Translations under genes and position numbers: made by a program | NCBI GenBank assembly: GCA_964016885.1 | Contig: OZ024742.1 | Coordinates: 196,478,001 to 196,542,000 of the forward strand | DNA length: 64,000 nt | Direction of reading: 5' to 3' | Source of the DNA: Eledone cirrhosa | Lineage: Eukaryota | Shown here: piece by piece, positions 1-12,227 of the stretch | Position numbering within the stretch: position 1 is the stretch's first letter | Layout: each line of letters starts with the position of its first letter | Notes under the pieces: model-generated | Seen by the model: the letters and a program-made list of their open reading frames with translations, nothing else | What the model was told of the DNA's origin: nothing | Database searches by the model: none

Positions 1-1400
1 GCTTCTGGTTTATGATATCAACCACACTTCTCTGGTGGTTCAGCAACACTATCGAAGTAAAATTCTTCAAACCTGTTGATCTTGATATAACCAATTGTTT
101 TTTGAAGTTTTCAACCTTTCAACTACATGAATACATCTTGAAATATCAAGTGAACTTTTTTTTTAAATCAAAAAAAGTATCTTTGAGCTACTCAATATGG
201 TTTCAAAAACCACTAATAAAAAGTTAAACTGAAAATCTTCTAGGATTGCAACAAATCCCCTTGCCTGTGCTAATTCTGAAGCACTCCAATCCTCTGGATG
301 TTCTAATATGATTGAAAATATTTCAGAAAATACAGTAATTTTGTTGGATAAAATAGATACCTATCAAGATGAATAATTCCAGCATGGTTCAGGTAACTTT
401 GGAAATCACATTCCAATGATTTCATCCAGTTGTGCTATTCAAGCCATTAACTTTGAAAGAAAAAGATGAAATTCCTTTCAAAGTTTGGAAGAAAATTCAA
501 CATTCACGAATACTTGAATCTGATTGAGAGAGTATCAAATTAAGTGAATGAGCATAACAATGAACAAACATGACATTCACACCAAAAATCTCCTTTATTC
601 TTTCTTGCACTCCATTTAGATGTCCATTCATCATACTTGCTCCATCATAAGTTTGTGCAATGAATTTTTTACCACCATTGAATTCATTAACAAATTTCTG
701 AACTTTTACTGTCAGCGATGCAGGTCTTACCTTTCTTGAGGCTTGACTTTTCCTTCTCATCAACAAATTATAAAATGCATGACAATTGAGATTTAATTGA
801 AAGATCTGTAGTCTCATCAAACATAACAGCAACGAATAATATTTTTTCGATCCTTGCCTTAATTTCACATTGAATTGTTGAAGTTATACAATTAATGATC
901 TTGTTTTCAATATCACTTGAAAGTCCAGAAAATGTGCAGTTAGCATTTTTCTTCACAAAATCTAAATGCAATCTTAAGCAATCATTGTATTATGCTACTA
1001 CTTCACATATAGCCAGAAAATTACCCTTATTATTTAATCCTTCTATTTCATCATGTCCTTGAAATGGTAATTTTTTCCTGGCCAAAACATCAATACAATA
1101 AAAAAACTTTTCAATATATCATGATTTTTCTCAACTGATCTATTATGTCACTGAATCAAAGCTGCTTTCCAGTGATCAATCGCAGTATCAATTCTTTGTC
1201 AGCCAAAGGTTTTCAGAGCAATCATGGAATTCAGATGGTTCTGAGATTTTATGTCTTGTCAAAGCTATAATCAAATTGTTCAAATCACTATAACCAGTAG
1301 TTGTCCATGTGTTCTTAGGTTGACAAAATGGCAAACAGAATAATTTGTTCAGAATGGAACAAATTATTCTGGAATCTTCCACTCATACTGTTAATAATAC
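1..1400 (-). pseudogene. Degenerate hAT-superfamily (ZMYM1/DUF4371-like) transposase
   Basis: Broken ORFs with typical motifs: SSDIENKIINCI...VMFDETTDLS (768-971), AQTYDGASMMNGHLNGVQ...FVHCYAHSLNL (497-868), GHDE-like codons near 1050, WTTTGYSDL (1188-1382). Many stops and frameshifts; runs off the window edge. Confidence 0.8.
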
Positions 1401-1414
1401 TTGGAATCAAAATG

Positions 1415-1560
1415 ATTGTTTCTGATTTAGGCACAAGGCCAGCAATTTGAGAGGAGGGGAAAATCTATTAAATTGACCCCAGTGCATGACTAGTACTTTA
1501 TTTTGTTGACCTCGTAAGGATGAAAAGCAAAACTAACCTTGGCAGGATTTGAACTCAAAA
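1415..1560 (-). mobile_element. tRNA-derived SINE fragment (family with TTTCATCCTTAC.GGGTC.A.AAAATAAAGTAC domain)
   Basis: Similar to copies at 17290, 32290, 41083, 48590 and 61933; B-box GAGTTCAAATCC on the minus strand. Confidence 0.7.
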
Positions 1561-2669
1561 TAATGATAACATTCCTTGCTACCCACTTTGGTTTGATTTT
1601 CTGTTCAAGTTTTGGCTTCTCTCTTCTGAGAATGATAAAATTCTTCTCTTCGGAGCTTCTTGTTGCAAAAGATCGGAAAAGTAGAGAGAAAACTGAGTTA
1701 ATTGTCTCTTTTGCCATCATGTGGGTGAATGAAAATGTGAAAAATGTAACTGAATTATAATTTTTCTTAATGTATTGAAGCTTTATTCTAACAAAAAATT
1801 TAGATACTAATTTACTTTTTACATTACTTTTTAAAAAATAATTTTGAATATTTAAAATAAAGTTTTAAAGTATTGGATTGGATAAATGGATGTAAACTTT
1901 ACCTTTTTAATCACAAAAAATAAACATTGCTGGTTGCTTCTTTCACTCCAAGTGTAAACTGGTCAAGAAGAGAATTCTGGGTAGAGATCACATGACTGAA
2001 TCCAGGTCTTAAAAGTAGTAAAAAAAGAAATTTTTGATGTGACATTAGGGTCACTAAACGTTCCGTATATACTCTTCAGTACTAAATAATCATACAAAAT
2101 AAACCAGAATCAGCAATAAAACAAACTTAGAAATTAACTAAATCTGTTTGAAAGCTTCAAGTCCTTTGGATATGCAAGTCTTTGATCTCAGTTGCATGGG
2201 GCAATAAAAATATCAGTACTTCAGGAGAAAATATGTTGAGAGTGTGCCTACTGGCTTAAAAGGATTGGAAGGCAAGCAGCAACAATTCTGCTTTTCCTTT
2301 CTCTCTTTTACCTCTCACACTTTTCACCTCTCTCTTTTTCCTGCTCCCTTTTCAATAAGAACAAAACTAATAGAATAGGAAAGAAACTAACACCACTGCA
2401 TTTTCTTACCATGACTGGAAGGTAACGAGGAAAAATTCAACTTTTCTCTGTCTTTCCCTCTTTGACATCCCTTTGGCTTCTTTGTTTTTTTTTTCTTTCA
2501 TGGTCTTTGCTCAAAGGGAATAGAAAAGGAAAGCAATTAATTCACTACTTTTCCTTTTTTTCTTGCTAAGCAAACAGGAGATTTCTTAGTTACACTTCTT
2601 AAATGATATCACTTGTTTATAATTTATCCTAAGAAATGAAGAAAATACGAAAAAAAAAATCACAAATAC

Positions 2670-3035
2670 AATGAAGGGTCATTGGAGTAATGTTACTTGA
2701 TAGAGTGCGTAACTCGGAGATCATAGAGTCATTCCAGGTACAACCACTACTTTTCTGAATTGAGAGATCACAGCTCTGATACTGTGGGCATGTCATTAGA
2801 ATGTTTCAAAAAAGAATCGCTGGACAGATTTTACAGGCAAAACCAACAGGTAGGAGACCCAGGGGTAGACCCGGAGCAAGATGGTTGGATAACATCCATG
2901 AGCTTGGTTGGTTTCACTTGGGATCCAGCCGGATCAGTTGGAGATGGTTGCTTCTGAGAGGACTTGCTGGAAGGAGTGTTTGAGGACTCTTCCCCCACGA
3001 CCTTCTCAGGAATAAGTGGGTGAAGAAGAAGAAGT
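2670..3035 (+). mobile_element. RTE LINE 3' fragment (third RTE family)
   Basis: Encodes QILQAKPTGRRPRGRPGARWLDNI, an RTE C-terminal motif, and ends in (GAA)n. A related fragment lies at 36680-36880. Confidence 0.65.
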
Positions 3036-3039
3036 ACAA

Positions 3040-3305
3040 TGAGGATCTAAGTTTAAAGTCTGTCTCAAGCCTGGATGCTCATCAGGCTGGTGCCTTTCCT
3101 GGTTCCATGGCATTAAGTGACTGAAAGTACGAGACTTCTCCCTGACGGGATGCCAGTCTATCGCAAGGTTAAACCTCCAATTGTTGCTGGTACTTATTTT
3201 TAGCTGAGTATGCTGGAGCAAGAAAACAACACACAACCCAGTCCAGGATTCGAATACATGATATTATGATTGTAAGTCCAACACCCTTACCACTAGGCCA
3301 CACCT
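3040..3305 (-). mobile_element. tRNA-derived SINE
   Basis: Minus strand begins GGTGTGGCCTAGTGGTAAGG (A box) with TTCGAATCC (B box); a related 3' part lies at 25990-26160. Confidence 0.7.
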
Positions 3306-3639
3306 AATAAGGATAGTGAAAATTATCAATAATTAATTTTATATAACACAAAAATTATTTATCCTAGAAAAAAGTAAGGCATGCAGTGCCTGCATGCATC
3401 ATTGCACCCCAAGCAGGTACATATGTATGTACGTATGTATGTTTATCGTTTGATGCCGCAGTTGTTGTAGATGTTGGTGTTCATTTCATTCTGATGCTGT
3501 TGCTGTAGACATTGGTGCTGGTGTTGTTGTTGTTGTAGATGTTGGGGTTGAAATTTGGTCATTTTGACTGAGTAATATATATGTATATACACATACATAC
3601 ATATATATATACACACACACATTCAGAGTAGGGAGTTTG

Positions 3640-4080
3640 GTAACAGGGGGACATATTGTCTGTATGCTTCAGCTTCAGCTTGTTCCTGTGGAGGGTCAGG
3701 TCTTCTGTATTACTGCGTGATGCCAGAGGTCACGGTCGTGTGTCATTGCCCTTGAGAGGTGCAATTGGGTAAGGTTGGCTTTTATCACCTCATCCCAAAT
3801 CTTCTTGGGTCTCCCCCACTCCACGGCTTCCATCGACTTCTAGTGCTCTGCACCTTTTTATGCAGCTGTCATCCTTCATACACATCACATGTCCATACCA
3901 GCGTAACCTCCTATCCTGCACACATCATTTGATTCTTCTTATGCTCAGTCTCTCTCTCAATTTGTTTATACTTTGCCATTTGCATATATTACTATTACAC
4001 ATCCATCGGAGAATGCAAGCTTTGTTTCTTTCTAATCTACACAAGTCTTCTACAGACAGCGCCCAGGTTTCACTTCCATG
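3640..4080 (-). mobile_element. Older RTE 3' fragment, left part (split by the 4078-7249 insertion)
   Basis: Reverse complement of the RTE C-terminus from HGSETWA onward; roughly 85-90% identical to 6545-6960. Confidence 0.9.
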
Positions 4081-6948
4081 GGAAATGACGATGGGATGGG
4101 TGGTGTAGGTATACTATTAGCTGACAAGTGGGTAGATAAAGTAATCTCAGTGTACAGGGTAAATGCAAGAATCATTAAACTCAGACTAGTCCTGAATAAG
4201 ACAATTACCACAATAATATCAGCTTACGCACCCCAATCGGGGCTGCCAGACGAACTTAAGGATAGGTTTTACGAGTCCCTAATACACACTACTGCTCTAA
4301 CAGACGACAAGGACTTCCTAATCATTGCAGGAGATTTTAACGGACACGTAGGTAAACACTGCGACGGCTTCAATAGAGTACATGGAGGCCATGGAGTTGG
4401 CACAAGGAATGAGGAAGGATTCAGACTTCTAGAATTCTGCGACGCCAATGACATGTCGATATGTAACACAAACTTTAAAAAACCCGACAACCACCTGATC
4501 ACCTATAGATCAGGGGAGCACTCTAGTCAGTTAGATTTTATCCTCATCAGAGGACGTGACAGATGGACGGTCGTAAACACAAAAGCCTTCCCTAGTGAGG
4601 AATGTACATCCCAACATAGCTTAGTTGTCAGCGACCTCACGGTCAGAACTAGACGAGCCCTGAAACAGAGGCCAACCTGGAGAAGAAAGATCTGGAAGCT
4701 GAAAGTCCCCTCAACCAGTAACAGATTTAAAGATATTTTACTCAACGCCTACGACAGTAAAGAAGAACAGATAGAGACATTTAACGTAGAAGAGAACTGG
4801 GAGTTCCTAAAAAATAACTTACTAGAGGCGACGGATGAGGTTTGTGGCTGGAGTAAGACCTCAAGCAGGAGGAGAGTGACTTGGTGGTGGAACAATAAGG
4901 TAGATGAAGCAGTCAAGGCCAAGAGACAGGCATGGAAAGAATGGAAGAACGGGGGGAGCAGGGTACATTACATAGAGACCAAGAGGGAAGCTAGGCGACA
5001 AGTATACTTAGCTAGGAGGGAAGCAGAGGATAGAAAATTCAAGCATGTTTTACAACGTGAGGACCAGAAACAGGAGGTATTCAAGATTGCGAGGCAGTGT
5101 GTCAGAGATAGTTGTGATGTCATTGGAGAGAAGTGTATCCGGAATGATAAAGGTGAGCTTGCCCTCACAAGTGCTGAGAAGAAAGATGCATGGAAGAGTC
5201 ATTATGATAGATTACTAAATGAGGAGAATGCATGGGAAGAAGAGACCCTACCCCACGTAGACCCTATAGAGGGACCAGCAGTACAAGTCAGCGGCAGCGT
5301 AGTAAGTAAGGCAATCAGAGATATGAAGATAGGGAAGGCAACCGGTCCATCGGGTATAGCTGCCGAGATGCTGAAGGCATCTGGGTCTGTAGGTCACACT
5401 ATAACCACACGTATCGTTAACCAGGTAATACTAGAGGGGGCCATACCAAAAGATTGGTGCAGTAGCATCATTGTCAACTGCTACAAAGGTAAAGGCGATG
5501 CACTAGATAGAGGAAACTATAGAGGTATAAAGTTGATGGACCAGGTCATGAAAGTAACAGAAAGAGTTATAGCACAGTTGATTAGGGACCGGGTGAATAT
5601 AGACGAGATGCAATTTGGGTTTGTTCCAGGGAAAGGCACCACTGATGCGCTCTTCCTTGTGAGGCAATTACAGGAAAAGTACCTAGCTAAAAGTAAGCCA
5701 CTCTACTTGGCATTTGTCGACCTTGAGAAAGCCTTTGACAGAGTTCCACGTGCAGTAATCTGGTGGGCTCTTAGAAAACTAGGAGTAGATGAATGGCTTG
5801 TGAAAGCGGTACAAGCCATGTATAGGGGAGCAGTCAGCAAAGTTAGGATTGGCAATGAGTATAGCGAGGAATTTAGCGTACAGGTTGGGGTCCACCAGGG
5901 CTCTGTTCTTAGCCCTCTCCTGTTCATCATAGTCCTGCAGGCAATAACGGAGGAGTTTAAGACCGGATGCCCATGGGAACTCCTGTATGCTGATGACCTC
6001 GCACTCATAGCTGAATCTATGGTAGAACTAGAGAATAAATTCCAAACCTGGAAGCAGGGACTAGAGAGAAAGGGCCTCAAAGTCAACATGACAAAGACTA
6101 AGGTCCTTATAAGTAGACGAGAAAACAGAACCCAGATCCCCTCAGGGAAATGGCCTTGCTCAGTATGTAGGAAAGGTGTAGGTAGGAACTCCATTCTCTG
6201 CCCCAAATGCAAACAATGGGTACACAAGAGATGTAGCGGGATCTCAGGAAGCTTAATTAAGAATGTAGGATTCACATGCAGCAGCTGTGCTGAAACAGCA
6301 AGCAAACAGCCACAGGAAACAAGTACCACCAATCTCTGGGAGGGCCCTGTAGAAACAGTAGACAGCTTCTGCTACCTAGGTGACCGAATTAGCAACGGAG
6401 GTGGGTGCTCAGAAAGTACAATAACTAGGGTAAGAACGGGATGGAAGAAGTTTAGGGAACTACTACCACTGCTAGCTGCAAAAGGCTTCTCCCTCAGAAT
6501 GAAAGGCAGACTGTATGATGCGTGTATCCGAACAGCGATGTTGCATGGTAGTGAGACCTGGGCGCTGAAGGTGGAAGACTTACGTAGATTAGAGAGAAAC
6601 GAAGCCTGCATGCTCCGATGGATGTGTAACAGTAATATACGTGAACGACAAAGCACAAATGAATTGAGAGAGAGACTGAGCATAAGAGGAATCAAATGCT
6701 GCATGCAGGAGAGGCGGTTACGCTGGTATGGACATGTGATGCGTATGAAGGATGACAGCTGCATAAAAAGGTGCAGAGCACTAGAAGTTGATGGAAACCG
6801 CGGAGTGGGGAGACCCAAGATGACTTGGGATGAGGTGATAAAAGCCGACCTTACCCAACTACACCTCTCAAAGTCAATGACACACGACCGTGACTTCTGG
6901 CGTCACGCAGTAATACAGGGTACCCGACCTCCCATGGGTACATGCTGA
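4078..6948 (+). CDS. RTE polyprotein: AP endonuclease + reverse transcriptase + PHD-like zinc finger (956 aa, N-terminus of APE missing)
   Basis: APE motifs SAYAPQ, GDFNGH, LDFIL, SQH; RT motifs NYRGIKL, QFGF, FVDLEKAFD, GVHQGSVLSPLLF, YADD, FCYLG; RTE C-terminus RRLRWYGHV and GRPKMTW. Confidence 0.95.
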   Translation: MGNDDGMGGVGILLADKWVDKVISVYRVNARIIKLRLVLNKTITTIISAYAPQSGLPDELKDRFYESLIHTTALTDDKDFLIIAGDFNGHVGKHCDGFNRVHGGHGVGTRNEEGFRLLEFCDANDMSICNTNFKKPDNHLITYRSGEHSSQLDFILIRGRDRWTVVNTKAFPSEECTSQHSLVVSDLTVRTRRALKQRPTWRRKIWKLKVPSTSNRFKDILLNAYDSKEEQIETFNVEENWEFLKNNLLEATDEVCGWSKTSSRRRVTWWWNNKVDEAVKAKRQAWKEWKNGGSRVHYIETKREARRQVYLARREAEDRKFKHVLQREDQKQEVFKIARQCVRDSCDVIGEKCIRNDKGELALTSAEKKDAWKSHYDRLLNEENAWEEETLPHVDPIEGPAVQVSGSVVSKAIRDMKIGKATGPSGIAAEMLKASGSVGHTITTRIVNQVILEGAIPKDWCSSIIVNCYKGKGDALDRGNYRGIKLMDQVMKVTERVIAQLIRDRVNIDEMQFGFVPGKGTTDALFLVRQLQEKYLAKSKPLYLAFVDLEKAFDRVPRAVIWWALRKLGVDEWLVKAVQAMYRGAVSKVRIGNEYSEEFSVQVGVHQGSVLSPLLFIIVLQAITEEFKTGCPWELLYADDLALIAESMVELENKFQTWKQGLERKGLKVNMTKTKVLISRRENRTQIPSGKWPCSVCRKGVGRNSILCPKCKQWVHKRCSGISGSLIKNVGFTCSSCAETASKQPQETSTTNLWEGPVETVDSFCYLGDRISNGGGCSESTITRVRTGWKKFRELLPLLAAKGFSLRMKGRLYDACIRTAMLHGSETWALKVEDLRRLERNEACMLRWMCNSNIRERQSTNELRERLSIRGIKCCMQERRLRWYGHVMRMKDDSCIKRCRALEVDGNRGVGRPKMTWDEVIKADLTQLHLSKSMTHDRDFWRHAVIQGTRPPMGTC

Positions 6949-7249
6949 AGCATATAAACAATATGCCCCCCCCCCCCACCGCAAGGTGGTCGTGGAGGTG
7001 CCACGGCAAAAAAGCACCCAGCCCACACTGTAAAGTGGACGTGTAGGCGCCACGAAAAAGCACCCAGCACTCACTGTAAATGAGGTTGGTGTTAGGAAGG
7101 GCATCCAGCTGTAGAAATCAAGCCAGATCAGTTCCTGTATGAGCAAGGCATGGTCAGCCGACCAGACACTGCCCACAACAGGACAACCCGTCTAACCCAT
7201 GCTAGCGTGGAAGAACGGACGTAAAACGGTGATGATGATGATGATGATG
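4078..7249 (+). mobile_element. RTE-clade LINE, slightly 5'-truncated, intact ORF, (GAT)n tail
   Basis: Single ORF, about 280 bp of 3' UTR, and a (GAT)n tail at 7230-7249. Confidence 0.95.
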
Positions 7250-7299
7250 TAACATTGCTGTTCGTATACACGCATCATACAGTCTGCCTTTCATTTTGA
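7247..7299 (-). mobile_element. Older RTE fragment, right part (KMKGRLYDACIRTAMLH)
   Basis: Reads directly into 4080-3640 once the intervening element is removed. Confidence 0.9.
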
Positions 7300-7494
7300 T
7301 GTGTATATATATATATATGTGTGTGTGTGTATGTATGTATGTATATGTGTATGTGTGTATGTATGTACGTATGTGTATGTATGTGTGTACGTGTATGTAT
7401 ATATATGTGTGTGTGTATATATATGTGTGTCTGTGTATATGTATGTATATGTGTATGTGTGAATGTATTAATGTATGTTTGTATGTATGTATGT

Positions 7495-8530
7495 GCGAGG
7501 ACATAGAAATAATTGGTTTGGTGCCCAAGTGCATAGTTATCCCACAGGGAGTGAAAGACCACTAAGTCTTGTTAGGACATCATTCTAGTAGAAGGAAAAC
7601 TCTGATGTAAAACCTGCGACTCATCAGCAGCCAATGATGCAGACTTATTCTTCTTTATAGATAACTGTCACCATTGTTCGGAGTGTGGCATTGGTGCAGT
7701 GCAAGAAACTTTCTTCACTTAAAAAAGATTCAAGCACAGGAAACACTTAATTTAAATGACTTACACGTGTGTTGCATAAGCATGGTCTTTTCTCTTTCCT
7801 TTCACTGCAGCAGATGCAGAAAAGATTTAAGCCGTGTTTTTGCCACCTATGTATGAGAAAAAGGTCAAGGGATGGCAATTCTTAAAACTGAGATGCAGCC
7901 ATTATATGTTTGTATCTATGTATGTATGTATGTATGGATGTGTGTATGTATACATGTATGTGTATGAATGTATGTATGCATGCATGTGTGAGAGTATGTA
8001 TGTATGTGTGTGCGTATGTATGTATGTCAGACTGCTCTTGAGTGCTACTGGTAACATGTAACCCAGTACAACCTGTCTCATGGTTGGGTCGTCGGTGACT
8101 AAACCGGTAACCCCACTAAGCTTGCTTGGTAAGGAGGGTGATATTTGGACAGCCTGTGGGATGAAATACAAGACCCGGCAAAGGGTGGAGGAATTCAGCA
8201 GAGTTAATGGCTATCCAAATAGTACTTTTCTTTTTCCACCTGGGAGTGAAACGCTTCCAGTTGTTGTCACAACACCTTTCTAAGGAAACTCTGAAAAAAA
8301 AACCTGCAGCTTTGGAAGCATCCAATGATGTTGACCAGTTCTCCTTTTCGGGTAGTGTTTTTGATGCTCAGAGAGTGGGATTGATCGAGTGCAAGGCCTT
8401 TTCCCACTTAAAAAAACCTTCACAGCGCAGGCATTGCTTGTTCAGGATCTGTTACAGGTTCGTGTGGCTGGCCGTGCACCATTTTCTGTAATCTGACAAG
8501 CAATTGCAATACTCTTAGCTGAATTTGCAG
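7495..8530 (+). repeat. Unclassified interspersed repeats in (TATG)n; resemble RTE 5' UTRs
   Basis: 7495-7740 resembles 38790-39040, and 8030-8225 resembles 38558-38750 and, inverted, 39925-40130. They contain GAAGGAAAACTCTGA...AAAACCTGC. Confidence 0.5.
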
Positions 8531-8724
8531 CCATCATATATGTATGTTTGTATGTATGCATGTATGTATGTATTATATATGTATGTATGTATATTTGTAT
8601 GTAAGCATTATGTATGTATGTGTGTATGAGTGTATATGCGTATGTATGTATTAGAGGGTGTTATAGTTTGCTTGAAACATATTGCAAAGTGTAGAAAATA
8701 GTGTTTTATTAGAAGACTACAGCA

Positions 8725-11135
8725 ATACAAATGGGTCTTCCTACTCCATAGCTTCCATCAACTTTGAGCACCCTACACCTTTTTATACAGCTGTCATACT
8801 TCATGCGCATCACATGTCCATACCAATGCCGTCTCCTCTCCTGCACACTGCATGTGATCCCACTTATGCCCAGTTTCTCTCTTAGTTCATTTGTGCTTTG
8901 CTGTTCCTGTGTATTACTATTACTTGTAATACACATAGCTTGCATTTGGGACAGAGGATGCAATTTCTAACTGCCCCTTTTGTACACACAGAGCAGGACC
9001 ATTTCCCAGAAGGGATCAAGGCCTTGTTTTCCTTACTACTTGCTAGAACTTTGGTCTTTGCCAAATTAACTTTAAGACCTTTTCATTCCAGGCTATGCTT
9101 CCAGGTCATGAATTTTTTCTCTAGTTCTGTGATAGATTTAGCTATGTAGGTTAGGTCATCAGCATGCAGGAATTCCCAAGGTATCCTGTTTTAAACCCTT
9201 CTGTTATAGCCTGGAGGTCAATAATGAACAATAGAGGGATAAGGATGGAGCCTTGGTAGACCCCAGTTTGCACACTAGACTCCTTGCTATAGTCATTATT
9301 AATCCTAACCTTGCTGACAACACCTCTGTACATAGCTTGTACTGCCCTCCCTCTAGCCACTTTTCTACTCCTAGTTTTCTAAGTGCCCACCAGATTACAG
9401 AACAGAGGACCCTGTCAAAATCTTTCTCTAGGTCAACAAATGCCAAATAGAGGGGATTGCTTTTAGCTAGGTACTTTTCTGCAGTTGCCTCACAAGGAAG
9501 TGGGCATGGTACTTCTTCCTGGGACAAATCTGAACTGCCCCTCATCTAGGTCAATTCACTCCTTAATCAGTTGTACAATGACTCTCTGTAATTTTCATGA
9601 CCTGGTTCATCAATTTTATGCTTCAGTGGTTCTCCTTCTCTAGGGCATCACCTTTGCCCTTATAGCAGTTGACATTGATGCTTCTATGCCAGTCATTGGG
9701 TATGGCACCATTTTGTATAACTTGGTTTACAATATGGGTGGTTATGGTGTGACCATGAAAACAGGCAAAGCAGCAGGGTCATCTCAGCAGCTATACCCAA
9801 TGACCCTGCTGCTTTGCCTGTTTTCATGTCCTTAATTGCTTTACTTTTACTACACTGCTGCTGACTTGCACAACTGGTCCCTCTGTAGAATTCACCTGGA
9901 GTAGGCTATCTTCCTCCCACACATTTCCGCATCCATCAGTCTCTTGTAATGACACTTCCATGCTGCCTTCTTTTCAGTTTCAGTGAGGACAAGTGCATCA
10001 TTGTCATCCCAGACACACTTCTCCCCAACAACATTACTATTTTCCTTGACACACTGCCTTACAATCCTGAATACCTAATGTTTTTGATCCACACGTTGCA
10101 TAACATACATAAACTTCTTACTTTCTACTTCTCTCCTTGCAAAGTATACTTGTCGCCTTGCCTCACTCTTGGCCACTTGGTAAGATTCTCTGCTACCTCC
10201 ATTTTTTTCCATGCCTGTCTCTTAGCCTTAATTGACTCTCCCACCCTACTCTTCTACCACTCTCTTACTCCCTGGGCCTCTTCTCCAGCCACATACCTCA
10301 TCTGTGACTTTCAGTAGATTTTCTAGCAGGAACTCCCACTGTTCCTCTATATCATACGCCACTATTTCTTCCTTATTGTAAAAAGCATCAAGTATGATAT
10401 TCCTAAATTTGTTGTAGGTTAAGAACTCCTTCAACTTCCATATCATTCTCCTCCCGGTTGCCCTATATCTTCAAGTATGTCTAGCCCTAATTAGCTGGTC
10501 ACTGACTACTAGGTCATGTTGGGAGGTGCATTCCTCACCCAGGAGGGACTTTGTATTTACTATCATCGCTCTATCTTGCTTTCTGGTGAGGATGAAACCT
10601 ATTTGGCTAATGTGCTCATCCGATCTATAGGTGATCAAGTGGATGTGGTTTTTTTATTTTCTAAGTAGTGTTACAGATCATCAGTTCACTCCAGGAGCCT
10701 AAAGGCTTTCTCATTTATCATACCAAACCCATAACCCCTGAGTATCCAATAGAAACCACCACTGTGTTGTCCAGCATGTCCATTAAAGTCTCCTGCTGTG
10801 ATTAATAGTTGCTTGTCATTTACTAGGGAAGTAGTCTGTATTAGAGATTCGTAGAAGTCATCATTTTGTCCATCTGATAGTCTAGATTGCGGTGCATATG
10901 CTGATATAATATAGTTACAGTAGTTCTATCTATGACTATCCCGAGTTTAATGATTCTATCATTTACCCTGTTTACTGCAATAACATTATCTACCCATTTT
11001 TCTGCTAATAGGATACCTACTCCACTTGGCCTGTAATCATTACCAACCCAGAAAAATTTTTGCAGCGTCATTCTTTCCCAATAAGGAGTCTAGCAGATCC
11101 TCTCCATCTAGTCTCTTGTACACAACACACGTCAA
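8725..11135 (-). mobile_element. Degenerate near-full-length RTE LINE
   Basis: Fragmented APE ([14 protein letters not shown]), RT (FVDLEKDFD, GVYQGS) and C-terminal (RRRHWYGHV) ORF pieces. Confidence 0.9.
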
Positions 11136-11148
11136 CCCTTATACATAT

Positions 11149-11180
<32 letters not shown>

Positions 11181-11209
11181 GTATATACATATATACATAC
11201 ATACATACA

Positions 11210-11253
<44 letters not shown>

Positions 11254-11468
11254 TATATATATATATGTATATATATAAATGTATATATATATATATATAT
11301 AAATGTATATATATAAATATATATATGCACATGTATAAAAACACGTGTTTGCTTGTATGTAGCTATGTAGTTACATAATTATATAATTATGTAGTTTTGG
11401 CAGCTGTAGTACATACATTTATGCATATATGTGTATATGTGTCTGTATGGGTGTATAATTATAATTGT

Positions 11469-11513
<45 letters not shown>

Positions 11514-11965
11514 CAAAATTTTCACAGCTGTAATTTCTTTCCTCATTTCACATGGCATAGGACAAAAAAACAAAACAAAACAACAACAACAACAACAACA
11601 ACAGCAACAAAGTAAAAGAAAAAAAACATGTTTGAAGAATTGACAGTAATCTGTGAGAGAAGAGAAAAGAACTAATGTAGAATTTCTGTGAAGACTGAAG
11701 ACAAAAGACAAGATGTCCATCATAGAGGAAATGGCAATGAGATATTGTATGGAATCTTGGCAGAATTTCCATAAATATTCCACAGTTGCGGAGATAAAAT
11801 GAAGGCAGATATAAAGCGTGTTAGAAGAGAATTAATAGAAGTTGTTTGTGATAATGGTTTTAGTAATTCTTTTGTTGTAGTGCAACACGTCATACTGGCT
11901 CTGATTCCACAGTCTTGGACGCTTCCAGGCAAACTGGTTGCTACTGTTTTTGTTTTGTTTTTCTG

Positions 11966-12024
<59 letters not shown>

Positions 12025-12026
<2 letters not shown>

Positions 12027-12220
12027 AAAAGAGTCAGGACCCCGACGACTGAGCTCCGGCCGTTTCGACAGCTAGATCTGAACTCAGTTTGTATCTAGTT
12101 GTTGAAAAGGCCGGAGCTCAGCTTTTGGGCCTCAACTCTTTCTAATATAGTCACACTCTACTATCCCAAGTATCAAGTACTCTGTTGAATAACGGTCTAA
12201 CTAGTTTAATACTGGTTTTA
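12025..12220. repeat. TA-flanked hairpin element (family of three copies)
   Basis: Imperfect inverted repeat 12037-12133; related segments at 26290-26349 (opposite orientation) and 62162-62302. Confidence 0.65.
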
Positions 12221-12227
12221 TATATAT

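Noticed and set aside
3640-4080. Twin-priming 5' inversion of the RTE
   Set aside because: The inverted piece is 3'-end sequence from a diverged copy, and it continues at 7247-7299; this is a nested insertion.
5703-6818. Long antisense ORFs within RTE copies
   Set aside because: Shadow frames of the RT coding strand with no independent motifs.
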